A stretch of 64,000 nt of DNA, taken from an uncultured bacterium. GTDB lineage: Bacteria > Verrucomicrobiota > Verrucomicrobiia > Limisphaerales > UBA8199. Positions 53,209 to 62,644 of this stretch are shown one piece after another; the stretch's first letter is position 1; every line of letters starts with the position of its first letter. A program made the translations under genes and the position numbers. The stretch lies in contig CAVVMW010000012.1 of NCBI GenBank assembly GCA_963749495.1, forward strand, positions 1 through 64,000, written 5' to 3'. The notes below the pieces were generated by a model. The model was not told the DNA's origin and did no database searches. It saw nothing but the letters and a program-made list of their open reading frames with translations.

Positions 53209-53838
53209 ATGAAGGGCAAAAAGGCAGATTGGAGCCTCGAAGATTATCTTGGGCGCAACGAGGGGCTGATCATCGCCGGTTGCGACGAAGTCGGGCGCGG
53301 GGCTTTCGCTTTCAGCCTGGTCGTGGCGAGCTGCGCTTACACTCCCGGCGTGGAAATGCCCTTTGAAATCCGCGACAGCAAAGCCCTGACCGCTATCGAA
53401 CGGGAGCGTCTGACAGAGGTGTTGACGCTTGAATTTGTCGATAAAGGAATGCTGCACGTCGCGTACGCGGAGGCTTCGGCGGCGGAAGTGGAATCGACCA
53501 ACCTGAACGAGCTCAACCTGCGACTGTTCAGAGACGCCCTTCAGAAACTCCCCCATTTCGACCGCGTGATCATCAATGGCAGCATCGCGGACAGGTCGTT
53601 TCCGTTTCCAGGGCTGTGCGCTCCGAAGGCTGACACGCGGAGCATCACCGTCGCCACCGCCTCCATCTTTGCCAAGGTGCGTCGGGACCGGCAAATGCAG
53701 GAACTGCACCAGCAGTATCCCCAGTACGGATTCAACGAACACGTGGGCTATGGCACCAAAACTCATGTCGAGGCCATTCGTAAATTCGGGCCAATCCCGG
53801 GAGTGCACCGCAGGAATTTCCTGCGAAATCTGGCGTGA
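53209..53838 (+). CDS. rnhB: Ribonuclease HII-like protein (third acidic residue D->N)
   Basis: GCDEVGRG, DSK.L, IINGS, KAD, ASIFAKV.RD, YGF..H.GYGT..H, HR.NF. Confidence 0.9.
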   Translation: MKGKKADWSLEDYLGRNEGLIIAGCDEVGRGAFAFSLVVASCAYTPGVEMPFEIRDSKALTAIERERLTEVLTLEFVDKGMLHVAYAEASAAEVESTNLNELNLRLFRDALQKLPHFDRVIINGSIADRSFPFPGLCAPKADTRSITVATASIFAKVRRDRQMQELHQQYPQYGFNEHVGYGTKTHVEAIRKFGPIPGVHRRNFLRNLA

Positions 53839-53859
53839 CGGCCTGCGATAGCCCGACGG

Positions 53860-54279
53860 TCACCAGGCAACCCAACTCCCGGAAGACCGGTCCCACCGCT
53901 GAGACGTGGAGAGGTTCCTGGCGCTGGCCGCATTTGTCTCCTCGTTTATCGCGTAGACCACCACCCCAGCCAGGTTCGTATTGGGCGCCAGCGCGGCGAG
54001 GCTTGGGACATCCTGAAGTCCGACCTTGAGATAGGGCTGAAGGCACTGAAAGCGGGTGTTGTCGTCGGCGGGAAACAGCGCCTGCGGATGATCCGCCCGC
54101 CAGGCAGCCTTCGCCGAGTCGATCCGCGCCAGGTCCAGCGTCACTTTCCCACGCAACTGCCGTTCCCGCGCCCCTCCCATTGCCCACAGGCCAAGGCCCA
54201 TAATGAGGAGCAGCAGCGCCATCACGGCCACCACTTCCACCAGGGAAAAACCGGGCTGAAAACGAGCACGTTCGGGCAT
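53860..54279 (-). CDS. Type IV prepilin-like protein
   Basis: PG/FSLVEVVAVMALLLLIMG at ATG 54279. Confidence 0.85.
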   Translation of the reverse strand: MPERARFQPGFSLVEVVAVMALLLLIMGLGLWAMGGARERQLRGKVTLDLARIDSAKAAWRADHPQALFPADDNTRFQCLQPYLKVGLQDVPSLAALAPNTNLAGVVVYAINEETNAASARNLSTSQRWDRSSGSWVAW

Positions 54280-54280
54280 G

Positions 54281-54618
54281 TCAGGGGCAGTGGGAAGCGG
54301 CGGTGCCAATCCCGTTGATGAGGTAGGTGACTCCCGGCGCCTGGAAATCGGCCATCGAAGCGAAGGGCCGGCCGCTTCAAGATACTTGTGGATCGCGTCG
54401 AACCGTGTGGATTCATCCGAGGGAAACGCGGCGCCGTTGTTGTCCAACACCCAAAGCCCCTTGGCGGAGTTGATGGCCTCCATGTCGGCTGACACCCGCG
54501 TTTGCAGCGCCCGATCTCGGGAATTTCCGGTCGTCACCAGGACGATGCCGACAAGGATGCTGATGATTACCAGGGCGCCCACCAATTCGACCAATGTGAA
54601 TCCTCTGTTCCGGTTCAT
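54281..54618 (-). CDS. Type IV prepilin-like protein (frameshift ~54375 fuses it to the next pilin in the ORF track)
   Basis: MNRNRG/FTLVELVGALVII; alternative frame ends ...TYLINGIGTAASHCP* at 54281. Confidence 0.8.
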
Positions 54619-55121
54619 GATCTTGACAGGCGCAAATAGACCCCGCGAACGGCACGGCCGGAATCGCGCACGACCACCAGGTCCGCGTTGAAAGCGGCCA
54701 ACAATTCCATGGGGATTTCCCCTTTGATCACGCCGAAACCCTGAGCGGAAAGCAAGCTGTTGAGCTGGGCTAGAACGCCCACGGCCAACGCCGGGTTTGG
54801 CTGCTGCGGGCTCGAGAGACGGTAAACAGCGGTCTGCAGGCATGTGTAATTCGGGTCCGAGCCCATCTGCGAAACCAGTGAGCCGCCGCCCGCGGCGCTT
54901 TGCAGCGGACCCAAGCCAACGCCGTTGGCGGTCAATTCTTCAACGCCCTTGGCAAATCCCTTCTCCAGAGCGCGGGCCGAGGCGGCCAATGCGGACGAGC
55001 GCAAATCACCCAGGCTAACGGCGATGATGCCCACCAGGATCAAAATGACCGCAACCACGGAGACGACCTCGATTAACGTAAAGCCCGGAAGAGGCCGTCT
55101 TGGATCACTCGCAGTTCCCAT
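54615..55121 (-). CDS. Type IV prepilin-like protein
   Basis: PG/FTLIEVVSVVAVILILVG; TAAAAT-GG motif 7 nt upstream. Confidence 0.85.
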   Translation of the reverse strand: MGTASDPRRPLPGFTLIEVVSVVAVILILVGIIAVSLGDLRSSALAASARALEKGFAKGVEELTANGVGLGPLQSAAGGGSLVSQMGSDPNYTCLQTAVYRLSSPQQPNPALAVGVLAQLNSLLSAQGFGVIKGEIPMELLAAFNADLVVVRDSGRAVRGVYLRLSRS

Positions 55122-55227
55122 ACATTCCATTTTAGGATCCGCACACTTTGCCGGCAACCGACCTGCGAGGTGCGTTAAATCTCGCGGCCGGTGTCACAGG
55201 GGGGGCTTGCGAACCTAGAATGGAGCA

Positions 55228-56019
55228 ATGAGAGCGCTGCGTCTGTGCCTGGCGGCAATGATGTTCGCCCCAGCTTGCTGGGGGGCGGCGCCCGGCTGGA
55301 TCAGCGTTGACAACGAGACCTACGACACGGTTTACCTTAGTCGCATCGGGGATCCCAACACCTCGGTCCTGGTCCCCAAACGCATGATCGGGCAGTTTCA
55401 GGTTCCTTTGGTCGGACAGGGTGTCACCTCTTTGGAAACGCTGGAAGTCACGTTCCCCGGCGGGGTCGTGCTGCCTGAAACTGAGTTCCGAGGCTTCGAC
55501 GGTCAGTACGGACAACCCGTCAGCCTGGTGATCGTTTCTCCCCAGAACGTCACGATCAAGTACGATCAACAGAGTGCAGCCGGTGGTCCTGTCACGAATA
55601 GCCTCGAGTCGACAGAGACAAGCCCCGGTTCGGGCGGCATTTACGGGGGAGGCTTGGGGATCGGTTACGGCTCTCCCAGTTATCTCAACCGAAACCCTTT
55701 TCCAGGAGCGAATCCCGTTGGCTCACGGGATGGCAGCAGCCCCGTCAAACCGCCTGAGCCGGTGAAAAAACGGCTGCTCTTGCCGCGGGAGGCCGGGGCC
55801 GCGGTGAAAGTCGTTCCCGCAGACTCTCGCTACAAGCTGATCGAGGCGCCAGCCCCACTCAGGAGTCAATCCCCGGAGACGGCAAAAGCAGCCACGGCGG
55901 CCGCAAGCGAAGCCGCACCGGAGGAGAAAGCGGGAGGTTGGGGGCCGTTGGTTACCTGGGTAGTGGCGTGCCTGGCCATCGTCGGCTTTATGGCCTGGAA
56001 ACGGTTGAGTTCCAAATGA
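55228..56019 (+). CDS. Secreted protein with C-terminal membrane anchor
   Basis: Signal peptide; C-terminal TM + KR tail; TAGAAT-GGAGCA-ATG. Confidence 0.7.
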   Translation: MRALRLCLAAMMFAPACWGAAPGWISVDNETYDTVYLSRIGDPNTSVLVPKRMIGQFQVPLVGQGVTSLETLEVTFPGGVVLPETEFRGFDGQYGQPVSLVIVSPQNVTIKYDQQSAAGGPVTNSLESTETSPGSGGIYGGGLGIGYGSPSYLNRNPFPGANPVGSRDGSSPVKPPEPVKKRLLLPREAGAAVKVVPADSRYKLIEAPAPLRSQSPETAKAATAAASEAAPEEKAGGWGPLVTWVVACLAIVGFMAWKRLSSK

Positions 56020-56035
56020 CCGGACGGAGGCAACC

Positions 56036-56803
56036 ATGAACACCGGCGAAGCGATTCTGCGGCTGGCAAGCATTGTCCCCGAACACAATTTGAGGGAAGT
56101 GCAGGCGCTTTCCCAGTTCCGCACCTGGGGCGTGGACTCACGGCCGGGCCAACTTCCGACCATCTTGTACATCGGGGAAGGGAGCCGGGACTTCGGACCC
56201 CCCTGCTGGCCGTTCATGGCCGCGCACGAGGCGATGCACTCCATCGCCACGCTTTATCTGCGCACAGACGATTACCGCTTCGTGCTCTACAACATCTGCG
56301 AGGATTGGCGCGTCAACCAATGCCTGCTGGGCATGTTCCGGGAGAAACTGGCCAAGAGTTTCAAGGAGACGCGCCAGACAATCCTGCGGCGGTGGGAAAA
56401 GGAGCCCTTGAAATTGAAGTCGCCGGTCAGCCAGGTGCTGCAACACCTTTGCTATCTGAACCACCTTTCGGAAAAGAAACCGGCTTTGGCGGTCTCAACT
56501 CACTACCTCAACGAAATCCTCCGCATCCGCGAACTGTTTGGCTCGGCGGAGAACTGGCCGTTGGTGCCGCCTAACCCCAACCGGGAAGAGCGTTCCAGGG
56601 AAAACGCCTGGATCAGCGGATGGCTGATCAAACTGATCCTGCACCACCGCGTGCCTCCCGCCGTCAACCCCTCAGAGCTTCGCGCGCTCATGGCCCGCGC
56701 AGGCTACGACCTGAGTTTTCATCGCAGGTTGGGTTCCCCACAGGGGCTGGAGGATGGCTCAGAAAACGCACCTTGCAACCAGGCGACCCAAATTGACGCA
56801 TGA
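56036..56803 (+). CDS. Putative metallopeptidase (HExxH...N..ED.RVN, DUF2201_N-like)
   Basis: AHEAMH followed by NICEDWRVN. Confidence 0.6.
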   Translation: MNTGEAILRLASIVPEHNLREVQALSQFRTWGVDSRPGQLPTILYIGEGSRDFGPPCWPFMAAHEAMHSIATLYLRTDDYRFVLYNICEDWRVNQCLLGMFREKLAKSFKETRQTILRRWEKEPLKLKSPVSQVLQHLCYLNHLSEKKPALAVSTHYLNEILRIRELFGSAENWPLVPPNPNREERSRENAWISGWLIKLILHHRVPPAVNPSELRALMARAGYDLSFHRRLGSPQGLEDGSENAPCNQATQIDA

Positions 56804-57582
56804 AGAAGCGACTTAAGATGCTCCCGTTAGCGCTGGCGGGCCTGGCGATGGCCGTGTTTCTCTTCGTGTGGCTCGTGCCCGCGCCCCAGCCCGTGAACCG
56901 GCGCCAGCCCAAAGCTGCATACGCCCGCGCGGCCCAGCGTCTTTACCGGCACGAAATCTTGAGCCTTTACCAACCGCCGGAGGAATCCTTCACCTCGCAC
57001 GGATTACGGCTCGTACGCCGCATCCAGGAACTCTATTCGCCGTTCTTTCTGCCTTACCTGGTTACGGGATCAGTTCCGGTACAGCCGGACGTGCTCTACA
57101 ATCCATGGTTTGACCTGTTCCTGCTCATCGAGGATTCCGATGGAGACATCAACAGCGTAGTGCTGGCCTCCTCTCTGGCGGCCGGCCAAACGCCCCAACT
57201 GCAGGTGCGCGAGAAGTTCTGGCAGGAACTCTACCGGCGCTACCCGGTTGCACAGATGGCCACCTTTTCGAAGCCGATTCCATTCGAAAACACCGGCCGG
57301 GTGATGCTGGAGATGCGCAACCTGACCAACTGCTTTGGCTGGCCCGCCCGGGTGCGGATGGGGGCCGGGCAGGTAAAATTCGATCTCTACATCCAGAGGC
57401 CAGCCCAGGCGATTTATTGCACTCCCACCGAGCCGGGCACGTATGTGGTGTTCAGCTACCATGACGAGCGGTTGCACACCAATGTCATGGCGCTGCCGCC
57501 TTACCACGTGAAGGAGGTTGAAAGGCGTGTGGCGGAAACAATCAAAAATGGGCCGGGGCAAGCCGCGGCGAACCTGCACTGA
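56800..57582 (+). CDS. Membrane-anchored hypothetical protein
   Basis: N-terminal TM; ATGA coupling. Confidence 0.6.
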   Translation: MKKRLKMLPLALAGLAMAVFLFVWLVPAPQPVNRRQPKAAYARAAQRLYRHEILSLYQPPEESFTSHGLRLVRRIQELYSPFFLPYLVTGSVPVQPDVLYNPWFDLFLLIEDSDGDINSVVLASSLAAGQTPQLQVREKFWQELYRRYPVAQMATFSKPIPFENTGRVMLEMRNLTNCFGWPARVRMGAGQVKFDLYIQRPAQAIYCTPTEPGTYVVFSYHDERLHTNVMALPPYHVKEVERRVAETIKNGPGQAAANLH

Positions 57583-57587
57583 TAGGT

Positions 57588-58592
57588 ATGAGCGACGACA
57601 TCCAACACCGCGTCCGCGAGGAGTTGCAGCAACTGCTCGATGAAAATCCCCGCCTCGCGCCTACGCAATTCATTGACGGGGACAAGCTGACGACCGTGGC
57701 TGTCTGCGATGGAGTGCCTCAGATCACCAAGAGCGAACTCCCCGCATTCACACGCTTTGATTGCCCGCACCTCACGCAGCTGCACGGGACGCCGGTGTGC
57801 CGCATCTACAACCTCATGCAGTCTTTGCAGTGCCTCAACGAGGAGCACCAGCAGGAAGGCGCCGCCCAAATTCTGTCTCAGACCGCTGTCGAGGAGGTGG
57901 ACGGGGTAAAAATGGAGGCGCCGCAACTGCCGTCTTCGCCGGAGGTGATCAGCTCGACCCTGGGCGGCGAAACGGACCTGCGGCCCAAGTCCAGCGCACA
58001 TGGCCTGTTCCAAAATCTGCAGGCCCTGCAACAACGATTCCGCGAAATGCTGGCGCAGCATCCCGAACTTGAACCGCTCGTTTTGCGGACGCCCAAGGGC
58101 TCGGTTGAGCTCCGAGTGACCGGCAAGAGGTTCAGCCTCGGCGCGACACCGCTTCAGGGGCGCCCTTACGCTGAAGTGCACCAAACACCACAGGTCCGGC
58201 TCTATCTGCTCCACAAAACCATTCAGGGGCTGGAAGCGGCGCTTTGCGGGAGAGCCGGGGAAATCGAGGTCACGCGACCGGGACGGCGCCACCGGGCCGC
58301 GGAGAAACTTGTGCAGCATCTCGGGCAGGTCAAGTGCGGCAACCTGGTGGTGCCGGTTCGCCGTTCCCGCAAAAACCTCTTCGTCGGCGGACCGGCACGG
58401 GAAATCATCTATCCGCCCGTGAAGGTCCGGCTGACGCAGCAGGGCGATTTGGTTGAAGAAGAGGCCCAGCAAGAGCCGCTCGGGCATACCCGCGTGGAAT
58501 ACGGGGCGCTATTGCCTGACGTGAAAGCGCTTTTGAGCGCGTTCTTCGCATACCTGAGCTCGAAAGTTTCAGATGAAAGCCGCCGGCATTGA
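57588..58592 (+). CDS. Hypothetical protein
   Basis: 334-aa ORF within the operon. Confidence 0.65.
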   Translation: MSDDIQHRVREELQQLLDENPRLAPTQFIDGDKLTTVAVCDGVPQITKSELPAFTRFDCPHLTQLHGTPVCRIYNLMQSLQCLNEEHQQEGAAQILSQTAVEEVDGVKMEAPQLPSSPEVISSTLGGETDLRPKSSAHGLFQNLQALQQRFREMLAQHPELEPLVLRTPKGSVELRVTGKRFSLGATPLQGRPYAEVHQTPQVRLYLLHKTIQGLEAALCGRAGEIEVTRPGRRHRAAEKLVQHLGQVKCGNLVVPVRRSRKNLFVGGPAREIIYPPVKVRLTQQGDLVEEEAQQEPLGHTRVEYGALLPDVKALLSAFFAYLSSKVSDESRRH

Positions 58593-58896
58593 GATCCTCT
58601 ACGCGGGAACGCCCATGGAAGTGTTCCAGCAGATCCGCGTGGGGCGGCTGCGCCTCTACAACGCAGCCGCCCGCAACCTGCTCGCCCTGGTCCAGGAAAC
58701 GTGGAAGAAGGGCGCGCTCGGGAAGACGTTCCTTGTCCGCCCCATCCCCAGCCAGGTGCTCGGCGAGGAAGTCCTCGACCAGGCGGGGCGCGCCGTCGCC
58801 GTGTTCGGCCTGGCGGTTACCAATGCATTTCTGCCTGACCCCAAGCCCCAACAGGACTACCGGGACACACTGCGGACCTTGATCAACCAACTATGA
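58573..58896 (+). CDS. Hypothetical protein
   Basis: 107-aa ORF overlapping both neighbours. Confidence 0.55.
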   Translation: MKAAGIEILYAGTPMEVFQQIRVGRLRLYNAAARNLLALVQETWKKGALGKTFLVRPIPSQVLGEEVLDQAGRAVAVFGLAVTNAFLPDPKPQQDYRDTLRTLINQL

Positions 58897-59129
58897 AAAC
58901 TCTGATTTGCTCAACCATGCTGCTTCTGGCCCCGCTCAGCCAGGCCGGGACGGTCAAGCTGTGGGACGGCAAGAATCGCGGCATGGATCTCGTGGCGGTG
59001 GGGCACAAGCGCGTCACAGTGTTCCTGGCCGACGGGCGCACCACCGTCCTGGGCATCCCGATCCTGGTGGAGAGACCCAAAGCCGCGGTTTCCGTGGCCC
59101 GCAAGAAACCCCCAACGCCCAAGCCGTAG
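58893..59129 (+). CDS. Small secreted protein
   Basis: Signal peptide ending SQA; ATGA coupling. Confidence 0.55.
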   Translation: MKTLICSTMLLLAPLSQAGTVKLWDGKNRGMDLVAVGHKRVTVFLADGRTTVLGIPILVERPKAAVSVARKKPPTPKP

Positions 59130-59132
59130 CCG

Positions 59133-60293
59133 ATGCTCTGTATGTCACCCACGAACCTTCAGGTGGACCACGCCACCGACCAGGCCCGGGACATCCTCAA
59201 CCTGGTGATCACCTCGGACGTGAACGATTATTACCTGGCGCTGGGGCGCAAACCGTTCATTCGCCGGCAGGGATTCTTCAACGAAGTGGGCGGCGCGCCC
59301 GTGATCGACCAGGACAAGATGGACGCCGTCCTGCGGTTCCTGCTCCATGATCGGCGGCAGGAAGCCGACGCCGCGCTGGCCGCGCGCGAGTCCTATCATT
59401 TTTCCGGAACGCTCTCTTCGGCGCTCGACGGGATCAAACGCGAGTGCCGTTACCGGGCCATCCTGGTCAACACGCTCACCGGGCCCGAACTGACCGTGCG
59501 CGTGCTGGATCGGAACCTGCTGGACCTCGACAAGCTGGGCCTCCAGCAGAAGCACTACGACAAACTGGTGGCGACCTTGCAGCGTACCAAGGGTTTGATC
59601 CTGGTCACGGGGCCGACCGGGGCCGGCAAGTCCACCACGCTGGCGGCCATCATCCAGCACCTGATCAACGCCAACCCTTACCACGTCGTGACACTGGAGG
59701 ACCCGGTCGAGTTCATCCTGGCGCCGCGCCTGCACCGGGGGCAGCCGGCTTATTCCATGGTGACCCAGCGCAGCGTGGGGGTTGATTGCGCCAGTTATCC
59801 CAAAGGAGTGCTGGACGCCCTGCGCATGAAGCCGGAGGTCATCGCCATTGGCGAAATCCGCGACGCCGATACGACGCGCACGGTCATCGGCGCGGCGGAA
59901 ACCGGGCACCTCATCATCGGCACCATGCACGCCTCCAGCGCATATCAGGCCATTGACCGCATTCTGACCCAGGCCGGACCGGATTCGCGTTTGGTGGCGC
60001 AGATGCTGGCGAACAACCTATTGTGCGTGCTCGCCCAGAACCTGATTCCAGCCAGGGACAGCAGCGAGCAGGAACCCAGGCGCGTCCTTTGCTATGAAGC
60101 GCTGTTCCGCTGCAAGGAGCTGGCTCAGATGCTCCTGTCCAGCCACCTCAATGGCCAGGGCATTACCCCCGGCCGAATCCGGGAGCTGATCCAAACCGGC
60201 GGCGGCATCGAGTGGAACGGGTGCCTGGATGACCTCGTGCAGCGAGGGCAGATCCTCGCGGAAGACGCTGCCGCGCTGAAGTCGCTGGAGTAG
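59133..60293 (+). CDS. pilT: PilT/PilU-like type IV pilus ATPase
   Basis: GPTGAGKST, TLEDPVE, ALR..P..I.IGEIRD, AAETGH....TMH; no PilB N-domain. Confidence 0.88.
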   Translation: MLCMSPTNLQVDHATDQARDILNLVITSDVNDYYLALGRKPFIRRQGFFNEVGGAPVIDQDKMDAVLRFLLHDRRQEADAALAARESYHFSGTLSSALDGIKRECRYRAILVNTLTGPELTVRVLDRNLLDLDKLGLQQKHYDKLVATLQRTKGLILVTGPTGAGKSTTLAAIIQHLINANPYHVVTLEDPVEFILAPRLHRGQPAYSMVTQRSVGVDCASYPKGVLDALRMKPEVIAIGEIRDADTTRTVIGAAETGHLIIGTMHASSAYQAIDRILTQAGPDSRLVAQMLANNLLCVLAQNLIPARDSSEQEPRRVLCYEALFRCKELAQMLLSSHLNGQGITPGRIRELIQTGGGIEWNGCLDDLVQRGQILAEDAAALKSLE

Positions 60294-60302
60294 CGCCGAG
60301 GC

Positions 60303-61235
60303 ATGAGAAACGGCACTTCAAGCGTCGTCGCCTACCAGTGGCCGCTCATCAAGGCTAAGCTGGCCAAGGGAACCGCTTATGGCACCGGGAGCCCGTTCAA
60401 TTACCGCTACCAACTGCGCGTCAAGAGCACCCCCGCGGCGCTTTATTTCACATTCTGGGATTTTGCCAAATGCATCCAGTCCGGCCAATTTCTGGGCGCC
60501 GAAGGACCCGCATGGGACCAGTTCGGGCTTGAACTGGAGAGCAGGGGTATCAGCTCCATCCCCTGCGTCGGTGTGGGCGTATCCGTCTGGAACAGCCATC
60601 CAATGCTGGTTCGAACGGAGCGCAATTCCGCTCTGACCCTGGACGCACTCAATCGCGCTCTCCGCGCTCAACCGCAAACGGTGCGTCGCAACCTGCACGC
60701 CAGCGGGATTTACGGTTACGCGGCGATGGCGTGCAACCGCTCGAAATGGTTCATCTTCGGGCTGCCAATCGGTCACACCGTTCGGGAGAGGCTTGCCAGG
60801 CTTCCCCCAAATTGGGCCTGCGCCGCATGGTTCGGTCCCGTTGCCGTGCCGTTCTTCCGGGACGTCCCCGGGGAGCACTTCTACCACACGGTGCTCCTGC
60901 GCGACGCCGCCATCAGTGTGATGACCGAAAATGGGGTCTTGCGCTTTTTCCAGCAGGACCGCGCCCTGGTGGAAGGCCAGCCGGTTTCGCAAAGCTCCCT
61001 GTCCAAGTTCAAAAGCGTTTACAGTTACTTCCCCAGGGGCCGGATCGCCCACCATCTGCACCCGGTAAATGTGGGCCTCACCTGGGTGAACAACCTGTGC
61101 AAGTGCATCCAGTCAACCGGCTACGCTGCGGAGGTGCGCATCGTGCCGGCAGCAAAGCTCCAATCCCCAAGGATAGCTGGCGATGCAAATCTGCAGGACA
61201 TGTTCCCCGGAGGCACCCCTTGGAACGGCTTATGA
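60303..61235 (+). CDS. Cytoplasmic protein in a PilM-like position
   Basis: Soluble 310-aa ORF followed by two bitopic proteins; assignment by synteny only. Confidence 0.4.
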   Translation: MRNGTSSVVAYQWPLIKAKLAKGTAYGTGSPFNYRYQLRVKSTPAALYFTFWDFAKCIQSGQFLGAEGPAWDQFGLELESRGISSIPCVGVGVSVWNSHPMLVRTERNSALTLDALNRALRAQPQTVRRNLHASGIYGYAAMACNRSKWFIFGLPIGHTVRERLARLPPNWACAAWFGPVAVPFFRDVPGEHFYHTVLLRDAAISVMTENGVLRFFQQDRALVEGQPVSQSSLSKFKSVYSYFPRGRIAHHLHPVNVGLTWVNNLCKCIQSTGYAAEVRIVPAAKLQSPRIAGDANLQDMFPGGTPWNGL

Positions 61236-61786
61236 CCGGAACGCTCCAACGGTATCAAAGGTTGCGGCTGCAGATGCCTCTGCTCGAGCTGACCGATGCG
61301 ACCACCAGCGACGTGGTGGAGCCGTTCCCGGCCAAGGCGGCGCAATGGCAGAGGGCTAGCCGGGCCGCTTTCGTGGCTGGGCTTTTGGCACTGGCCGGCG
61401 CATTGGCTGTGGCGGGTTGGAGCGTTCGTCAGCTCGCCACCGCCGGTCTGCAGTTGAAAGGGCCTCACCCCATCAAGACCCAGGCCGCGCTGCAACGGGC
61501 CGCCCGCACCCAGGAAGCCCTGCAACAACGCGGCGTTCCCGAAGCACTAAAGAAAGGGCGCTTTCTCACCGCGGCGGAGCCGGCGCTGACGAGGAGTCCC
61601 AAGTGGCAGCTGCACGTTGGACCGGGCCAAACGGTGACGCTGCGGTTCGCCCTGGCGCCGGAACAGGACTGTTCAGATGTCCTGACCTCTTTGGACAAGG
61701 GCTTATCGGAAATGGGCTGGCAACGGCAAACACACGAGGATCTTGGCAGTCACGAACACAACATCGCCTACGCCCCTCAACCATGA
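61232..61786 (+). CDS. Bitopic PilN-like protein
   Basis: ATG 61232; single TM, coiled coil, small alpha/beta domain. Confidence 0.45.
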   Translation: MTGTLQRYQRLRLQMPLLELTDATTSDVVEPFPAKAAQWQRASRAAFVAGLLALAGALAVAGWSVRQLATAGLQLKGPHPIKTQAALQRAARTQEALQQRGVPEALKKGRFLTAAEPALTRSPKWQLHVGPGQTVTLRFALAPEQDCSDVLTSLDKGLSEMGWQRQTHEDLGSHEHNIAYAPQP

Positions 61787-62166
61787 GCAAACTCGAACAG
61801 TTCATCCTGTTTCATCTGTTCAAGGCGCCGGCCCTGCTGTTAACGGCCGCCGTGGCCAGCGGCTTGGGCGCCGGCGCGCTGCTGCACGAGGCACGGCGCA
61901 TCGAGAGCTTGGTGCGGTCCCGCGCAAAACTGGATATGGAGCTGGTCCAGTACAACAGCCATTTTCTCTCCACCAATTCCTCGGTGGAATCCGTGTTGAG
62001 CGGCTTTCAGATTCCCTGCCGAGTCTTGACCCATCATCCGGTCCAACTGGAGCTGGACTATGGAGCGGGCAAGAAGTTGGAGAAAGTGGGGCTCTTGGTC
62101 AGCGCGGCGGAGTTCGAGAACGGCCGTTTGACGGTGACCTTGAAAGATTATCCCAAAGCCGAATGA
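61783..62166 (+). CDS. Bitopic PilO-like protein
   Basis: ATG 61783; TM + coiled coil; coupled to neighbours. Confidence 0.4.
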   Translation: MSKLEQFILFHLFKAPALLLTAAVASGLGAGALLHEARRIESLVRSRAKLDMELVQYNSHFLSTNSSVESVLSGFQIPCRVLTHHPVQLELDYGAGKKLEKVGLLVSAAEFENGRLTVTLKDYPKAE

Positions 62167-62640
62167 ACACGCCCTCCCGCAAACAGTTCATGGAACTCAC
62201 CACCCAGTTCAGGCTGGCGACCGAAGCCACCAAAGAGGCTCTGGCGTCGGAGTACGACCAGGTGACGCAACAGGACGCTGAAGCCAAACGCCCCATCACG
62301 CCCATGCTGGAGTTCTGCATGCAGCGGGCGGGAACGTCTGAGCGCGCTGAGGCCATTTTCAATCACGTCCTCAAAAGCAGCCGCATCTCCTACTGGCCCA
62401 ACCCGGAGGTGGCGCCACATCTGCGGAATAACCAGGAAATCAAGGCAGTCTGCCTCGAGGCATTTTCTCGTTCCGCTCAAAGCCACCGAGCAGTTGCTCG
62501 TCCTCTGCGGCTGCAATCCGCATGACGCGGAAGGACCCGGTGCCGTCTGGCAGAAGCTCGCTGGCAGCAAGGCGCCCTTCCCCGTCGTCGTGCTCAGCGA
62601 ACCGGAACGAATCCGAAAAGCCTTGATGCAATTCGATTAG
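62163..62640 (+). CDS. Stand-alone PilB/GspE N-terminal-domain-like protein (frameshift ~62460)
   Basis: Removing one G gives CLE-HFLVPLKATEQLLVLCGCNPHD...VVLSEPERIRKAL, the GspE N1 pattern. Confidence 0.55.
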
Positions 62641-62644
62641 CCCC

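Noticed and set aside
45722..53838. Prophage
   Set aside because: No terminase, portal, capsid or tail genes; flanks are conjugation and pilus genes.
53860..54843. 327-aa double-pilin ORF in the track
   Set aside because: Better explained as two pilins joined by a frameshift; an alternative frame stops 1 nt before the second ATG.
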